A stretch of DNA of 64,000 bases from Vicugna vicugna. Lineage: Eukaryota. How positions within the stretch are numbered: position 1 is the first letter of the stretch; each line of letters opens with the position of its first letter. Below the pieces are notes generated by a model, which saw only the letters and a list, made by a program, of their open reading frames with translations, did not search any database and was not told the origin of the DNA. Both the position numbers and the translations under genes were made by a program. The stretch is taken from contig MU058868.1 of the NCBI GenBank assembly GCA_013265495.1, positions 2,845,553 to 2,909,552 on the forward strand, written 5' to 3'. Positions 1-17,751 of the stretch are shown here, piece after piece.

Positions 1-114
1 GGGCATGTGCAGGTGGAGGTCTGCGGGGCAGGGCAGCCAGGCAGGCTGCCAAATGTGGGTCCTCCTAGCTGGGGCTCCGGGCTGCAGGGACGCCTGGGCC
101 GTGGCCTCCGTGTT

Positions 115-555
115 TGTTATCTGTACTTCATAACAAATTACCACACATGTAGTGGCTAAAACCACACCCACTTACCTTCTTTGGTCATGAAGCGGCACAG
201 CTCCCCGCTCAGGGTCTCAGCAGATTGAAATCCAGGTGTCAGCTGGGCTGTGATCTTGCCTGAGAATCAGGGACCCCTTCCACACCACGTGGTTGTTGGC
301 AAACTTCAGTTCCTTGTGGTTGCAAGACTAAGGTCCCCATATTGTTGAGGACTGTTGGCCGGGAACCGCTCAGCTCCTCGTCACATGGCCCCCTCCACAG
401 GCAGTTCACACCACGGCTGTTTGCATCTTTGAGCCTGCAGGAGAATTTCTGCAGCTTTAAATCTCTCCCTGCAGGGAAGGTTGGACCCTCTTATAAAGGG
501 CTCGCCTGATTGGGTCAGGCCCACCCAAATTATTATTTGAATAATAACAATCGGC
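115..555 (-). mobile_element. MLT1 (ERVL-MaLR) LTR, MLT1E/F-like
   Basis: cataacaaattaccac...gtggctaaaacc...aaggtgtcagctgggctg...gttgttggcaaacttcagttccttgtggttg, typical of reverse-oriented MLT1. Confidence 0.7.
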
Positions 556-1774
556 CAAGGAACGTAATCTTCATCGCCTTCGGGGAAACCCGAAGCTCAG
601 GGAGGGCAGGGCATACCAGCATATGAAAGACACCCACTGCTGCGTGCTCCAGGACACACCATGTTGGAGAGAGGCAAAGCCTAGACTTGAACCTACATGG
701 ACCCCCACCTGGCTGCCAGCAGACAGGTCACACCAGCTACACAGCCTGTGACTGACAGCCCCGCTTCCCAGCCAGGGCACTGGACCCCCAAGGAAGCCCG
801 AGCTGACTGCTAGCAAGCTCCCCTACAGGGCATCACAGACGGTGCAGAGCCTCGTCCCGGGGCATCCTGCCCCCTGCAGACCCTCGGGCCGGCCTGGACG
901 CACCTCTCCGTGCCCTCGGGAGACCCGCCGCGGCCTGCTTGGACCTTCTGCTGATGGGGGGCTCCCTCTTCCCTGAGATGAGCTCGCCCACCTCCGGAGA
1001 CCTCGGCCCGGGGGGAGCTCAGCAGAGACGCACCCAGCTCCTGCATCTCCCACCTGGCTGCTGTTTGGAGGCGATGGACTGCTGTGGCTCCATTGTGATA
1101 TTGAAGGTGGCAGATGCTGTGCATCCTTGTGATGGTCACCATCCCTCTCTGAGCCTCAGTTTCCTCATCCAAAGCTAGGGACCTCAGATGAAGCCGGTGC
1201 AGAGAAAGACATGGTCTGCAAGGAGGGGACAGCATGCTGGGGCGGAGCTCCAGGGCCCCTCAGTCAGAGGTGGGGCTGTGTGACTCTGAGCAGGTTGCTG
1301 TCCTGCTCTGTTTGGGAAAGTGGGTGGAGGGCCTTCAGAGAGCATGATTTTATCTCCAGGAGGGGCCGTTTGTTCCCCATCCCCACATGGGATGCTCAAC
1401 CTGAGCCTGGAGCTTGTGCACAGTGAGTACACGGTGAACCTGAATGAGAAAGGAGGGGCTCTCTTTCTAAAACTGGGGCAGTGGGGCTTCTGGGCTGTGT
1501 GCCTACTACGTATCGGGCGCATGCCCATCTCACATCCACTCTGCTGAAAGTGGGCCTTGCCGCCCGGAGCCCCGGCCTTCGAGCAGAGCAGGACTGGAAC
1601 CCAGGTGGCCTGGGGCCCAAGCTAGCTGGGCGCTGGCCTCCACCCGCCTGCTCCTTACCTCGGCTACAAACGGGGTGCTGGCTGGCTGCCCTGTTTTGCG
1701 TGCCCACTCTGTGGCCGGCACACGGTCTGTCTTCATGCTCAGAACCTTGAGGTAGGGTTTGTTTTTGGTTACAG

Positions 1775-1835
1775 ACAAAGAAGAGACTGAGGGTCTGAGA
1801 GGTTAAGCGACTTGATAGGAGTGACTCAGCCTTTG
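1775..1835 (-). mobile_element. MIR SINE fragment
   Basis: ttacagac...gactgagggtctgagaggttaagcgacttg. Confidence 0.6.
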
Positions 1836-2492
1836 GTTCAGTGTTCGGCAGCCTGCGGCGGCTGGAGCTCTTCCCACAGTAATGAGCGCCGTTAATAAGA
1901 AACAGGCAACGCTAAGCCTGGGGTCTGGCACTGAGCTGAGCCCTCTGCTCCTCGAATCCTCAGTTCAACCCCAGATCCTGAGATTAGCAGCCTCGTTTGA
2001 GTTGTGACCAAACGAGCTCAGAGAAGTCAGCTTTCTCAACCCAAACCCCGCAGCCTCTAAATGAGGGGCTGGGATTTGAACCCAGAGCCTCCTCTGGGCC
2101 TCCAGTTCTGCTGCCCAAGAGCAAGGGGTCCCGGGACGCAAGGCTGGGACCCCGGGCGGGAGGGGCAGCTGGTAGAAGGTCAAGGAAGGCACGGATTCCA
2201 AGGCAGGTGGAGGGCCAAGCGTGACCGGGCCGCCGGCCCCACCCCACGCGGCCTGGCCGCAGGCCCAGCCCGGGGACGCTGCCCAGCAGGTCGCTGTCCC
2301 CAGAGACGTGCCCTCAGGGCGATCGTGATGGCGCTTGCCTTCGTCATGTCTCCATGTTCTCAGTTACAGTGCGGACTCCTCCCCACTTTCCAAACCCACC
2401 CAGCCCACAAAGAAGGCAGCCTGGGGTCAAGGTTAGATGTTTGTTGGCAGTTCTGCTAGGCTGGGGAGGCGCCAGTTCTGGGAAGCTCTCTG

Positions 2493-2506
2493 CTGCCCCC
2501 TGGTGG
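2493..2506 (-). promoter_or_regulatory. CTCF core motif CCACCAGGGGGCAG
   Basis: Plus strand ctgccccctggtgg is a perfect match to CCASYAGRKGGCRS, 1.2 kb downstream of the SH3TC1 poly(A) signal. Confidence 0.55.
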
Positions 2507-2719
2507 GGGAGGCCTGGGCGGGGCCTGCAGGAGGGGCGAGGGAGTTGGGGGCCCTCCCCAACTCCAGGACTAGAGGGGGGATGACGAGCTCCCCTGCCCG
2601 CCACCCTGACCCCACCCGGGCCTTCTGGGCTCTGCCGCCTCTCCGCCTCTCCGCCTCCCCGCGGCACAGAAGCAGACCAGGGCTCGGCCCCACCGGGAGC
2701 CCTCTCCAGGCCTCCACTT

Positions 2720-2900
2720 CCCGCCGGTTGAATGAGGGTCTCGGGGCGGGAGACGGGAAGTACGGGTCTCTTTGGGGACGTGAGAATGTTCGGAGCTGGA
2801 CAGTGATGGCCGCTCAGCACTGTGAACGTGCTGAATGCCACCAAACCGTTCGCTTTAAAGGGCTCATTTTATGTTATGCGAGTTTCACCTCATTAACAAG
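2720..2900 (+). mobile_element. L1MB/ME-type 3-prime end fragment
   Basis: tttggggacgtgagaatgttcggagctggacagtgatgg...actgtgaacgtgctgaatgccacc...cattttatgttatgcgagtttcacctca. Confidence 0.7.
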
Positions 2901-3334
2901 AGAAGCTTGGAGTAGCGCCCTGGGGTGCGAGCCACCGGGATGCGCACAGCCTCGGAGCCTCGGGTCCCTGTCTGTAAACTGGGGAGCAATTTCAGCCCTG
3001 CCTAGATTCCTGGCCCCTGGCTCGTTGCTGGGAAGAAAGGGAGAGGGCAGGGAGGGCTAGGGTAGGCGGCCCAGATTGGGGACTCCACACAGGGCTGGAG
3101 GCTCTGCTACCTTGCATCCTGAGGGATGACCAGGGGCTGGAAGTGGCACTGGTCATACTGGGCTGGAGGACACCGGGATAGGGGAGCACTTGGGCCCCCT
3201 TCTCCTGTTTCCATCCCTTTCAGGACACAGACGAAAGGTGGAGAGGTCTGGAACCGTGTACCCGCCCTTGGGTCCTAATAGAACACATCACTTGGGTCAG
3301 GCTGGTGGGGTGGTGCGGTGGTCACTGCGCTGGG

Positions 3335-3490
3335 CTCTGGAGCTCTGCCCCGACTCCTGCTGTGTGACTGTGGGCAAGCACCTGACCTCTCTGTGCCTCC
3401 GTTTCTTCAACTGTGAGTGGAGGTAACAGTCCCAAGCTCGCAGGGCAGAGTGAGGACTAAAGGCTGAGCGCAGTGCTGGACACGGTGAGT
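3335..3490 (+). mobile_element. MIR SINE
   Basis: gctgtgtgactgtgggcaagcacctgacctctctgtgcctccgtttcttcaactgtga core. Confidence 0.75.
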
Positions 3491-3746
3491 CCAGGGAAGG
3501 GAGAGGGCGCCCAGCGAATCCCACGGCCGACTGTCTCTGCTTTAACAGGCAAGAAAAAGGTTTGAAGGAAGGACGTGCCCGAGGCTGCATGGTGAGTGGC
3601 CGGCTGGGGAACCTGCCCGCACATAGCTGAGGTCGGGGTGCAGCAGCAGGGTGGACCCCAGGGCTAGAGCCTGGTCCCCAGATGCTCCCCAGGAGGCAGC
3701 CCAGGGAGGGGACCCTGCAGACTCCAGGACATTTCTGGAAAATCCA

Positions 3747-3752
3747 TTTATT
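3747..3752 (-). terminator. Polyadenylation signal AATAAA of SH3TC1
   Basis: tttatt on the plus strand, about 90 nt downstream of the stop codon. Confidence 0.75.
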
Positions 3753-3844
3753 TCTATTTGGCCCCGAGCATCGTGCCTCTGTTTCCCAGAATGAGCCACC
3801 TGAGACACTGGGACAGACCGAGGCCACGTCTGCAAAGATGGGGC

Positions 3845-4495
<651 letters not shown>

Positions 4496-5154
4496 TCACC
4501 CCTGGGGCCTCTGGGGGGATATCTACAGCTTCCCCTGGAGCTGAGGTGGGTCTGACCAGTTGCTCTGAGGCCCCCGGCAGGGCCCGCCCCATGGCATGAC
4601 GCCTGCAGCACATGTCCACACTGATGCCCACACGGCCGCCTTCCCCGGGCCAGGCCAGAGCAAAGCACCACACAGGTGTCAGCTGTCCGCATCCCCTGCA
4701 ACCCTGAGGGGGCGTGACTCCCCCCAGGACATGGGCTCCCATATCAGATGCATCTTTGCCTCAAACCCAACATCCCCAGGCCGGGATGTCCTCCCAAACA
4801 TAGCCTGTCCATTCCTGGGTTTACCATGGCTCCCAGGACCAAGGACAAAGTCCAGAGCCACCAGCCCTGGCTCCTCACTGCCCCCCATGCAGAGCAAGGA
4901 CCAGAAGAAAACTGAAGCAGGTAAGTGAAGCAATTCAGTGAATACAGTCCCAGCGCCGACCATGGCCTGGGCCTCGCGTGGAGCCGGAGACACAACTGCT
5001 TCTAGGGGCAAGAGTGAGCGCAAGTGCCTGTGCTGGTGCAGAGGGAGGCTCAGCGGCCTGTGGCAGCCCCAGGAAGCCGGCTCTGCCTGGGGTGGGTGGC
5101 AGGGCTTCCTGGAGGAAGGGGCATCCCAGCAAAGTGGAAGGAACTGGCCAGAAC

Positions 5155-5184
5155 AGCCTGGACAGTACGAGCCTGGACAGTACA
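5155..5184. repeat. Two-unit tandem repeat of agcctggacagtac (period 15)
   Basis: agcctggacagtacg|agcctggacagtaca. Confidence 0.8.
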
Positions 5185-6235
5185 GAAGGACGTGCATCCC
5201 TGTGCACATGCGTGTGTGCACACATGCGTGCAGAAGCGAGTGGGTGGCAGACCCAGGATTCACACATAAATCTTTCCTATTCCAAACCTTACCACACACA
5301 GGCTAAAGGCAGCCTGTTTCAGGGAGACCAGCAGCAAGACGCCGTGAGCCCCTCGACCCCAGAGCAGCCCTCTCTTCCTCCTCCTGCCCCGTCCCAGGCA
5401 GTGGAGCCCCTGGGTCACACGCAGGGCACAAGGTGACCTCTCTCCCTCCTGGACACACGGAGCATGGCGCTGGTGGTCCTGACGGAATTCCGAAGCCTCA
5501 GCGTGGTCAAGGCAGCCTGGCCCTGACTGAGCAGTCACGGCAAAGCTGTGGTGGTCGTGCAGTTTGGGAAGCCCATTTGGAAGGAAGCGGAGGGTTCTCT
5601 GCTCTTTGACCTCAGCCGCAGCCCTGCCCTTTCCTTCCTCCTGGGAGTGACTGCGGACAGATCACCTGGAGGGAGCGAGAGCTCTGCCTGGACTTAGCTC
5701 AGACGCCTGGGGCCTGGAGCTGGCCCTGGCCCGGCTCCCTCAGCCCCATCCTGGGCAACTCTGCTCACCTCCCCAGCCTCAGTTTCCCCTTCTTGTTTTG
5801 AGCTGAGGGATCTCAGCACAGCTCAGAGCTGAGATACTGACCCAATCGCTCTGAACGCGGGTGGTACATGCTGGCTGTGGCCCCACCCTCAGACCGCCCA
5901 GGGGCAGAGAGAGCTCAAGGCGTCGAGCCCAGGTGAGATCGGCCACAGTCCTGTTCCACCACCAGACTCCAAGCCCAGGAAGGTGGGCACTGATGCGGAG
6001 AGAGTGAGCAGGGTTGCAGGGTCTTAGGGTCACACGGTGTGGGGTCCCAGAGTCCCAGGCCCACACGGCCACAGGGATGCAGGGTCCTGAGCACTGAAGC
6101 CCCCTATGTTCTCCTAATCCTATCCAAATTAGCTGGCGGTGCCGAGCCTCAGTCCCCTGTCTGTCCTATGGGGGTACCAGCTCCTCCTGCAGCAAAGCAT
6201 TTGAAGAACCAGTTACACGAATCCTGGACACAAAG

Positions 6236-6344
6236 AGCCTGAACAGTTCAAGCCCGGACAGTACAGAGCCCGGACTGTACAGAGCCTGGATCACACAGGG
6301 CCTGAGCCACGTAGCGCCTGGACTGCTCAGGGTCTGGACCTCAG
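6236..6344. repeat. 16-bp minisatellite, about 7 degenerate units (consensus AGCCYGGACWGTACAG)
   Basis: agcctgaacagttca|agcccggacagtacag|agcccggactgtacag|agcctggatcacacag|ggcctgagccacgtag|cgcctggactgctcag|ggtctggacctcag. Confidence 0.8.
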
Positions 6345-7224
6345 TGGGGCTCAGCTGCAGTGGTCACGGCTGCCCGTGGAATCCTCCAGCGCTGCCTGGC
6401 TGACATAGAAGGATGCAGTGACTACTTCTGACCACCAGGTGTCGCCAGTGCATAGGCAGGCAGGGGTTGGGGTTACCGACCAAGTGGGGGTCCTCCAGGG
6501 CCTCCCCAGCTCCTAGATGCCATTCGTTGGGTAGGGGGAGGGGGAGAACTCAGCACCTGGGCTGGGGCACCCTCACCCCTCAACCAACACGAGCAGGGAC
6601 GCCGTGCTGGTGCAATGCTAGACCCGGAATGGGGGAGATGGGGGGCCTTCTGCCCGTGCAGGGGGAGCGATAGCGGAGACATTTCCAGACCCTCATCTGC
6701 GTCCACTGCGAGGCTCAGAGATGGATGAAAAATAGGTCCCAGCTCCTAACCGTCCAGCTCCGACAGGGCAGGGGCTCAGCCGGGGTGCTTGTGGGGTGGG
6801 GTGTCCCTGCTATGAAACTTGGGGCAGGTCGCACCCCACCTCAAGCCCCAATCTCCCTCTCTGTGAACTGGATTGCCGTCCAGGCAATGTGAGGATCCTA
6901 GGAGGGGAAGAGCTCCACACAGGCTGGCAGGCTTCCTGGAGGAGGTGCCAGGGTTTGTGCTGGGTCATGGGTCTCTGGGAATAATGATGACCCTTCCCCT
7001 GCCCTGGGAGTGTCTTCAGCCCACTATTTTTGTGGCTAACTCCTGCTTGACTTTCGAGACTTAATTTTGCAGTCACCTCCTCCAGAAGGCCCCCCACCCC
7101 TACTACACTCCATTTTGTTTGTCCTTTACCTGATGGCTGCTGTCCGCACTGTCACATTTACATGTCAGCCACCCTCACTGACCCTCAGCTCCTGAGGGCC
7201 AGGTCTGACCCGCACAGGAGCTCA

Positions 7225-7857
<633 letters not shown>

Positions 7858-8090
7858 TCAGGCCCAGGGCCCCGGCAACCTGCAGACATGAACTTTGTCT
7901 TCCCTGCTCTATCGTCAGCAGCCCCCCAGCCCCGTCCGGAGGGTGTCCCCAGACCAAGCGGCCCTGGGATCTGCCCCTTCCCACGGCGTGCACTGTGGGG
8001 CCTGCAGGCACCTGCTGTGCACCTGCCATGTGCCTGGCCTCTTGGGTTCCCCGTCTGAAGGAAGACAGGACCGCCTGGAACAGCACATTA

Positions 8091-8636
<546 letters not shown>

Positions 8637-9235
8637 TCAGGCCTCCTATCAGAGCAGCCAGCCCAGGCCTTGTACCCAACTCAGAGCCCCCAGTCCCGCC
8701 CCCACCATCCCACTGGAGCATTAAATGGCTCTGCCCACCACCACCCAAGAGAAAGGTCAGCTCAGGGTGTCGTGACACCCCAGGGCCCCTGGGCCCTGAG
8801 CAGGTTAGGGTGTGAGACTTACCTACTAGCTACACCACATATCTCAGACCAGCCTGGCCCCCCCAGGGTGAGAAGGGCCCAACCAGGAGGGCCCAACAGC
8901 ACAACACCCCCTTGGGCTCTGAAAACACCACATTTATCTGCACCCTGGGGCTGAGTCACAAGCCCTGAGCTGGACAGACAGAGGGCGGAGGAGCCGCCCT
9001 CCCTGGGAGGCACGCGCAGACCTGGGCCGTGGCCCAGTCCCCATGTGCTGTGTCCTTGGACACGCCCCGGTGCCTCTCTGAGCCTGTTTCCTCATCTGTA
9101 AGATGAGGGGACAGGCCTCACATCCATGGGTGATTGGCTTACCGGGATGCAGGCTATGAGCCAAGAGTTGCCTCTGGCCCTCCCCCGTCCTTCCTTGCTC
9201 TCTTCCTCCCAGGTAGGGTGTGGGGGTCAAGGTCA

Positions 9236-9838
<603 letters not shown>

Positions 9839-10569
9839 TCACGGGGCGCTCCTCATCCAGGGGCCGTGGGTCCCGCCACCTTCCCTCCCGGGCCCTTAGT
9901 AACGCCTGACCACATGTCCCCGTGTCCCTCCCACCAGAGGACGGAGGCTGTCGCCCCTCTGCTGCGCCCGGGGCTGCACAGGATGTGCCAGTGAGTGACC
10001 GCCCCGGCCCGCAGTCCAGCCATGCCCAGCAGCGTGCAGCCCCAGGACTTGCCACGCTCCGTGCACCTCTGGGGCTTTGCCCCTGTGAGTCCCGGTGCGG
10101 AGACGCCCCCTCCCCGGGTGGGCACTGCGCCCCCCCACGCCCTGCAGCTCTAACAGCCTCCGTGACCACCTAGGCGGACCGAGCCCACCCTCCCGGCTGC
10201 TTTACGCCCTGCGGCCCTGGCCCCAGGTGGCATTGTTCACTGAGGAGTCTGCCCCTGTCTCGGCCATAAGCTCCTGATCTGGAGCCTCAGCCCCTGGCTT
10301 AGGGGCGTACACAGCAGGTGCTCAAAAAGGAGTAAACCCACAGGGGTCTTGGGCCTCTCAATTTGCTGCCAGTCATGTCACATTCGAGAAAGCGTCTAAA
10401 AACAGAGCTTTTCTGAGAAATGCATTTTTTAGGGAGAAACGCCGGGTGCAGCTGAAGCAAATTCTGTGTGTCAGCTGGTGGGCCAGCCTTGGCACATTTA
10501 TCGAGCACTTGCTGTATACCAACACGCTAGTGGGCACCGTGGGGCCCCCGCCTCTGCCCCCAGAGCTCA

Positions 10570-10872
<303 letters not shown>

Positions 10873-11949
10873 TCAGAACAGTGCTCCCGGGCTAGCCACC
10901 ACAGCGGGTGGGCCAGGCTCTCCCCAGGGCCTGTCTGGCGATGATGGACCTAGGATGTCGGGAGCAGGAACAGAGGCTGCCCTTCCCAGGCCAATGGGAG
11001 AGCCAGGATGAACACAGCAGGCTCGTAGCAAAGATGGAGACCCTTGGGAGGGAAACAGGCAGCCCCAGGGCCCACCACCATCTCTGTCTTGCCTTCCCAA
11101 ACGTGGGCCCACATCGCCTCCAGACGCAGCTGGGATTGTGGCCCCTGGGCAGAAATTTAGACACTGTCCAGGCCAGTGGTTTTCCTGCTGAGTGAGTGAG
11201 CATCAGAGCCACCCCTCGGCAGAAGGGAAGAGGGGAAGCCAATCAAACACAGACTGCAGGGCCCTATTCCGGAGCTGCCAGCTCCGGAGGTCTGGAGTGA
11301 GGCCTGGGAGGGAGCATTTCCACCTAGCGCCAGATGGCGTGGGCACTGATGACCTGGGGCCCCCACTTTGAGAAGCATCGATCTAGGGCGCTGGCCCATC
11401 GGTCCTGCCGTGAAACCGAGGTCCGAGGATGATGCTGGAGGCCGTCTCCCAAGTCCTGGGAAACCTGGCTCCTTCCCTGCTCCCAGGGAGCCCCACACAG
11501 GGGGGTGTCATCAGAGACTCTGCTGGCCCTCTCTGCAGGCAGTGTGGCCCCACCGTTTGTAGCCAGCCCCAGTCAGGCTGTTCTGGGCGGGCTTCACACG
11601 GGACATGCAGACTTGAACCTCTGCCCCGGGAAGCAGGCGGGACAGCCGCAGTCCTCCCGTGGACGAGAACCCTCCAGGCACTTGTGGCTGCTGTCCTCCA
11701 GGGGGCAGATGAGGACCAGACCACCCCGCCCACAGCTGGGCCAGTGGGGTCAGCTTGCAGAAGCCACCGTGGCAGGAAGAATGGCCAGAAACACGCACTC
11801 TGCCTCCCCGGGGGACAAGACGAGGCCTGCTGGCCCACAGCCCGTCTGACGCTAAGGAGCGAAGTGGCACCTGAGGAGGGGCTGTGCTGTGTCGGTGGGC
11901 CAGCCTTCTCCCCGCCCCGCCCCGCCCTGCCCCCGAGGGCTGGCCCTCA

Positions 11950-12270
<321 letters not shown>

Positions 12271-12649
12271 TCAAGGTCACACAGCTGGCGGGCATTCCTT
12301 GCTGGGGCCCCGCAGGGCACGTCCTGGGTGCGTGAGAGACAGCAGTGACCACTTTTATAACCCCAGGCCGGGCTCTCCCGGCGCATTAGGACGCTGTTTC
12401 TGCATCACAGAACTCCTCCCAGCCAAACAGGGGCTGCCCTCACTCAGAGCTGATGACCCCATGTTGCCGACAGACCAGCAGAGTTCAAAGCTGAGTACCA
12501 AGTCTAGAGCACACGGCATGCCGTGGAGACAAAATTCAAATCTGGCTCCGGCATTCCAAAGCCAATGCTCCTTCATGAAGCCAGCCTCCAAAACCAGCGT
12601 CTCACTAGCATCTCCTAACACCAGAGGGCTGGGATGGCTGGGAGCTTCC

Positions 12650-13490
12650 TTTATTAAAAGTGACCCAGAGAGGAACAAGGTTAGAGACTTGAGCGCCGTG
12701 AACCAGCCAGACCTAAGAGACTCCGCGACATGCCCCCAGCAAGAGCAGAACACAAGGCCTCACACACCCGTGGAACTTCCTCCAGGACAGACCAGCGGCT
12801 GGACCACAGAACACCTCTCCTTACACGTAAGAAGACTGAAGCCATACAAAGCACCTTCTCCAGCTGCGGTGGTGCGAAATCAGACAGCAGTAACAGAAGG
12901 CAGTTTGGGGAATTCATGAGTTTGTAGAATGAACAGCATGTTTCTTAATACCCAGTGGGCCAAAGAAGAAATCACAGCAGCAATGAGGAGATGCTTGGGA
13001 AGAGCGAGCATTTCAGCACCGCCTAGGAGATGCGGAGAGAGCAGTGCTTACAGGGGCTTTGTTGCTGTAAACACCTTCGTTAAAAAAAGAATTAAAATCT
13101 CAAATCAAAACCCTGAACTTCTCCCTTAAGAAACTGGAAAAAGGAGAGTTAACCAGACCCAAGCTGGCCAAAGGAAGGAAAAATAGAAGTTCGGGTGGAA
13201 ATGATGAATAAACTAGAGAACAGAAAAACAACAGAGACAATCAGTGAAACCAAATGACAGTTCGCTGGAAAGGTCGACAACACTGGCAAACTGTTAGCAG
13301 ACTGACCAGGAGAAAAAGGAAGGAGGTGGAAATGGCTAGAATCAGGAGTGGAAGAGGGGCCACTAGCACCGATCTCACAGAAACAAAGGGGATTCTGTGA
13401 ACAACTGCGCACCGACAAATCAGACACCTGGATGGAAGGGACGAACCCTAGAAGGACACAGACTGCCGACATGGACGGAGAAACGAGCCA
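12650..13490 (+). mobile_element. Degenerate L1 (L1M) ORF2 fragment in SH3TC1 intron 12, antisense to the gene
   Basis: L1 ORF2-like blocks: ccagtgggccaaagaagaaatcacag, aaaatctcaaatcaaaaccctgaacttctcccttaagaaactggaaaaag, gagacaatcagtgaaaccaaa, gcaaactgttagcagactgacc; many stops and frameshifts. Confidence 0.8.
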
Positions 13491-14519
13491 GGGCCAGCAC
13501 CGGGTGACCCCAGGACGCCGCCCCAGCCCTTAGTCTCCTCACTGTTCATATGGAGGAGGGGAAAAACACGCCCCCCCCGGGCCCCCCAGCTTGGCTTTCC
13601 CAAGTCTGAATCCTCTAGTTCCCTGGTGGGAGAGGGGCTCACGGGGAGTTTCTGAGAGGTCCTCCGGGGGCTACGTGACATTGGTGAGCACCGCCAGGAC
13701 CTGTCCAAGGCCACAGAGCTGGTTGGAGGGCCCAGCACTTGGTTCCTCCTGGAGGTCCAGAGGGTCCCCTTCCAGCCCGGTGAGTGTCCTACATCCCTCA
13801 GTGGCTCCCCAGTGCTCTCAGGGAAAACGCCAAACCACAGCCTGGGTTCCTACACCCCTGCCTAGCCCCCAGCCTGAGGTTCTCACTGCCCACCGCCTGC
13901 CCCAACCATTCCAAATTGTGCACCTCCCTGCGTGGCCCAGCTCACAATCCTCAGGGCCTTTGTACAGGCTGCTCCTTCTGCCAGCCCCCCATCCCGTGTT
14001 TGACTAAACTCTCCTGTCTCTTAGGTCCCAGACTGAACAGACTGGAGCCACCCACCATCCAGCTGAGCACCTGCTTTTGTGGCTCTTGTGATCCCAGGCA
14101 CCTGTTTCCAACGCTTGGCCGCCAGCCCCCTGCGAGGCTCACTTGGGTCTTGTTGGCAGGTGGAGCCGTGCACAGAGCCTGGCATACTCACACAAGCTGC
14201 TGCTGGACGAAGAAACTTCCCTGCACCCCCTGTGCAGGGGGAGGTATCTGGTGTGCAGGGCTGTTGGGCGATGCCAAGGAGAGAGCACCAACTACAGCAT
14301 CCAGCGACCAAGACTCACGCCGCTCCTCTGATCGGCCGCTCCTGCCTGGCCGGGGGCAAGCCCGTCTGCCCTACACTGCTGGGACGCCCAGTCTCGGGAC
14401 TCTCAGCGCACAAAGCAGAGCAGTCCCAGGCAAGCCTGGACAAGCTGGCTGCCCTGCTGATGTCCGGCCCAGCACGGGACACCCTCAAAGCTCTTGCCAG
14501 CCCCTGCTGGTTTCCACTA

Positions 14520-16280
<1,761 letters not shown>

Positions 16281-17709
16281 TTACCGAAACCCCCAGATGG
16301 GTTAGAGTCTGTTCTGGGTCCAGGCCGGGCAGGGGCGTTCCTCCCCAAGCCGCCATGTCCCTGTCATTGGAAGTTACAGATACTACGTGCCCCCGGGGCT
16401 GCCGTGAATCTCCCACAGAACCAATAAACCAACCACGGCGGAGGACAGTGGCGGCTGTGTCCATCTGCACGGCTCTAGCCCCGGGGGCTGTTCCAACAGG
16501 AAACACTGAGCACAGCTCCCAGACCCCCGGGCACCCCCTTCCTCTTGGCTGATTCGGGAATCTGAGGCCTACGGTTCCTAAAGGGTTAAAAAAAAAGAGT
16601 GCTGGAGGGCCTGGGGCCGTGGAGCTGCCCAGGCTGCCTGCTGAGGGACTGTTGGCTTTGGATGGACTCAGGGCCCCAAGGCCCGTCCAGCCTTGAGGAG
16701 CAAACAAGCTACACTTCCTGCTGGAAAAACACAGGATTTGAAGGGGAATTTGGAAGGAAGGAAGGAACCAGGACCTAGAAACTTCTGTCTCAAGTTCACT
16801 TTTAAAAAAACATGTTCAAGACTGTCTCTTTATTCTTCTGTAAAAGCTAGGAATTTAAAACATTAAATGTGGTTGAGCAGTAAGCGTCAGACTTGACCAA
16901 GCGCTGGATTCGCTAAGAAGCGCCCGCTCCCGGTGGAGGCCAGTGGGCTCCCGTCGTGTGCTCCCAGTGCTGTCCTGGTCACCCTGCCTCCCACGGCTGG
17001 AGGAGCCTTTGCTGCCAGGACCTGGGCAGGCGGGAGAGCCTCCCCTGAAGGCAAGTCTGCAGCTTCTTGGAGGGAGGGCCCCGGGGGACTGGCTTCCAAG
17101 CCTCCTGGCCCGCCCGTGTCCCACAGTGGCCCATCTGTGTTTGTGCTTGGACAGTTCCCATTCCCCGGGAAGCTCAAAGGGTCCCCGGGCACTTGTGTCC
17201 CCAGGCCTCCCAATGCAACCCCTCTGTTGTGGGAGAGATGGAGGTGTGGAGGGAGAGACGGGGGGTGTCCTTGAACCAGGCCCCCAGGGGAAGGAGCAGA
17301 CCCTCGCGGGACTTCCCCAACATCAGTCTCCAAATTCAGTGCCCCCAGCACCCCCGCACCCATCCGAGCAGCTCACGGGGCAAATTTCAGCTGCTCTAAG
17401 TTGCATGAAAGGAACCCTGAGTCAGGCATGAGCTCGGGCAATGGAGGGGGTGCCCCACCTTTGCTGGGGACAGGGCCGGGGGCTGGCATGTTTGTTGGGG
17501 ACCCACTGCAGCAGTGGAGGGATGGTTCACCTCCACCTCATCCAACCTCCCCTCCCGGGCTGGACTCCCTGCCCACCAGCCCTCCCCCACGGAGGATGGA
17601 GGTCTGCAGCCAGTGCCCACTCAAGCCTAGCTCTGCCACCTCTGCCCCCTGTCACCCCGAGACCACCCCCGTGACCAGAGGGACCCCGGGCTGTGTGGGA
17701 AGAACCTAC

Positions 17710-17751
17710 CATGTATTTTCTGCTGCTGAGGCTCAGCCTCTTCTAACATGT
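17710..17751 (-). CDS. SH3TC1: SH3TC1 exon 11, small exon: (D)MLEEAEPQQQKIH(E)
   Basis: Strong pyrimidine tract cccttctctcccttttcag|, donor CAT G|gtagg; 42 nt, phase 1-1; corresponds to human DSVEEAETEQPQEKE. Confidence 0.9.

Noticed and set aside
1-3700. Exons of the neighbouring genes HTRA3 (left) or ABLIM2 (right end)
   Set aside because: No protease, PDZ, IGFBP or LIM-domain coding segments were recognised in any frame; these genes presumably lie outside the window.
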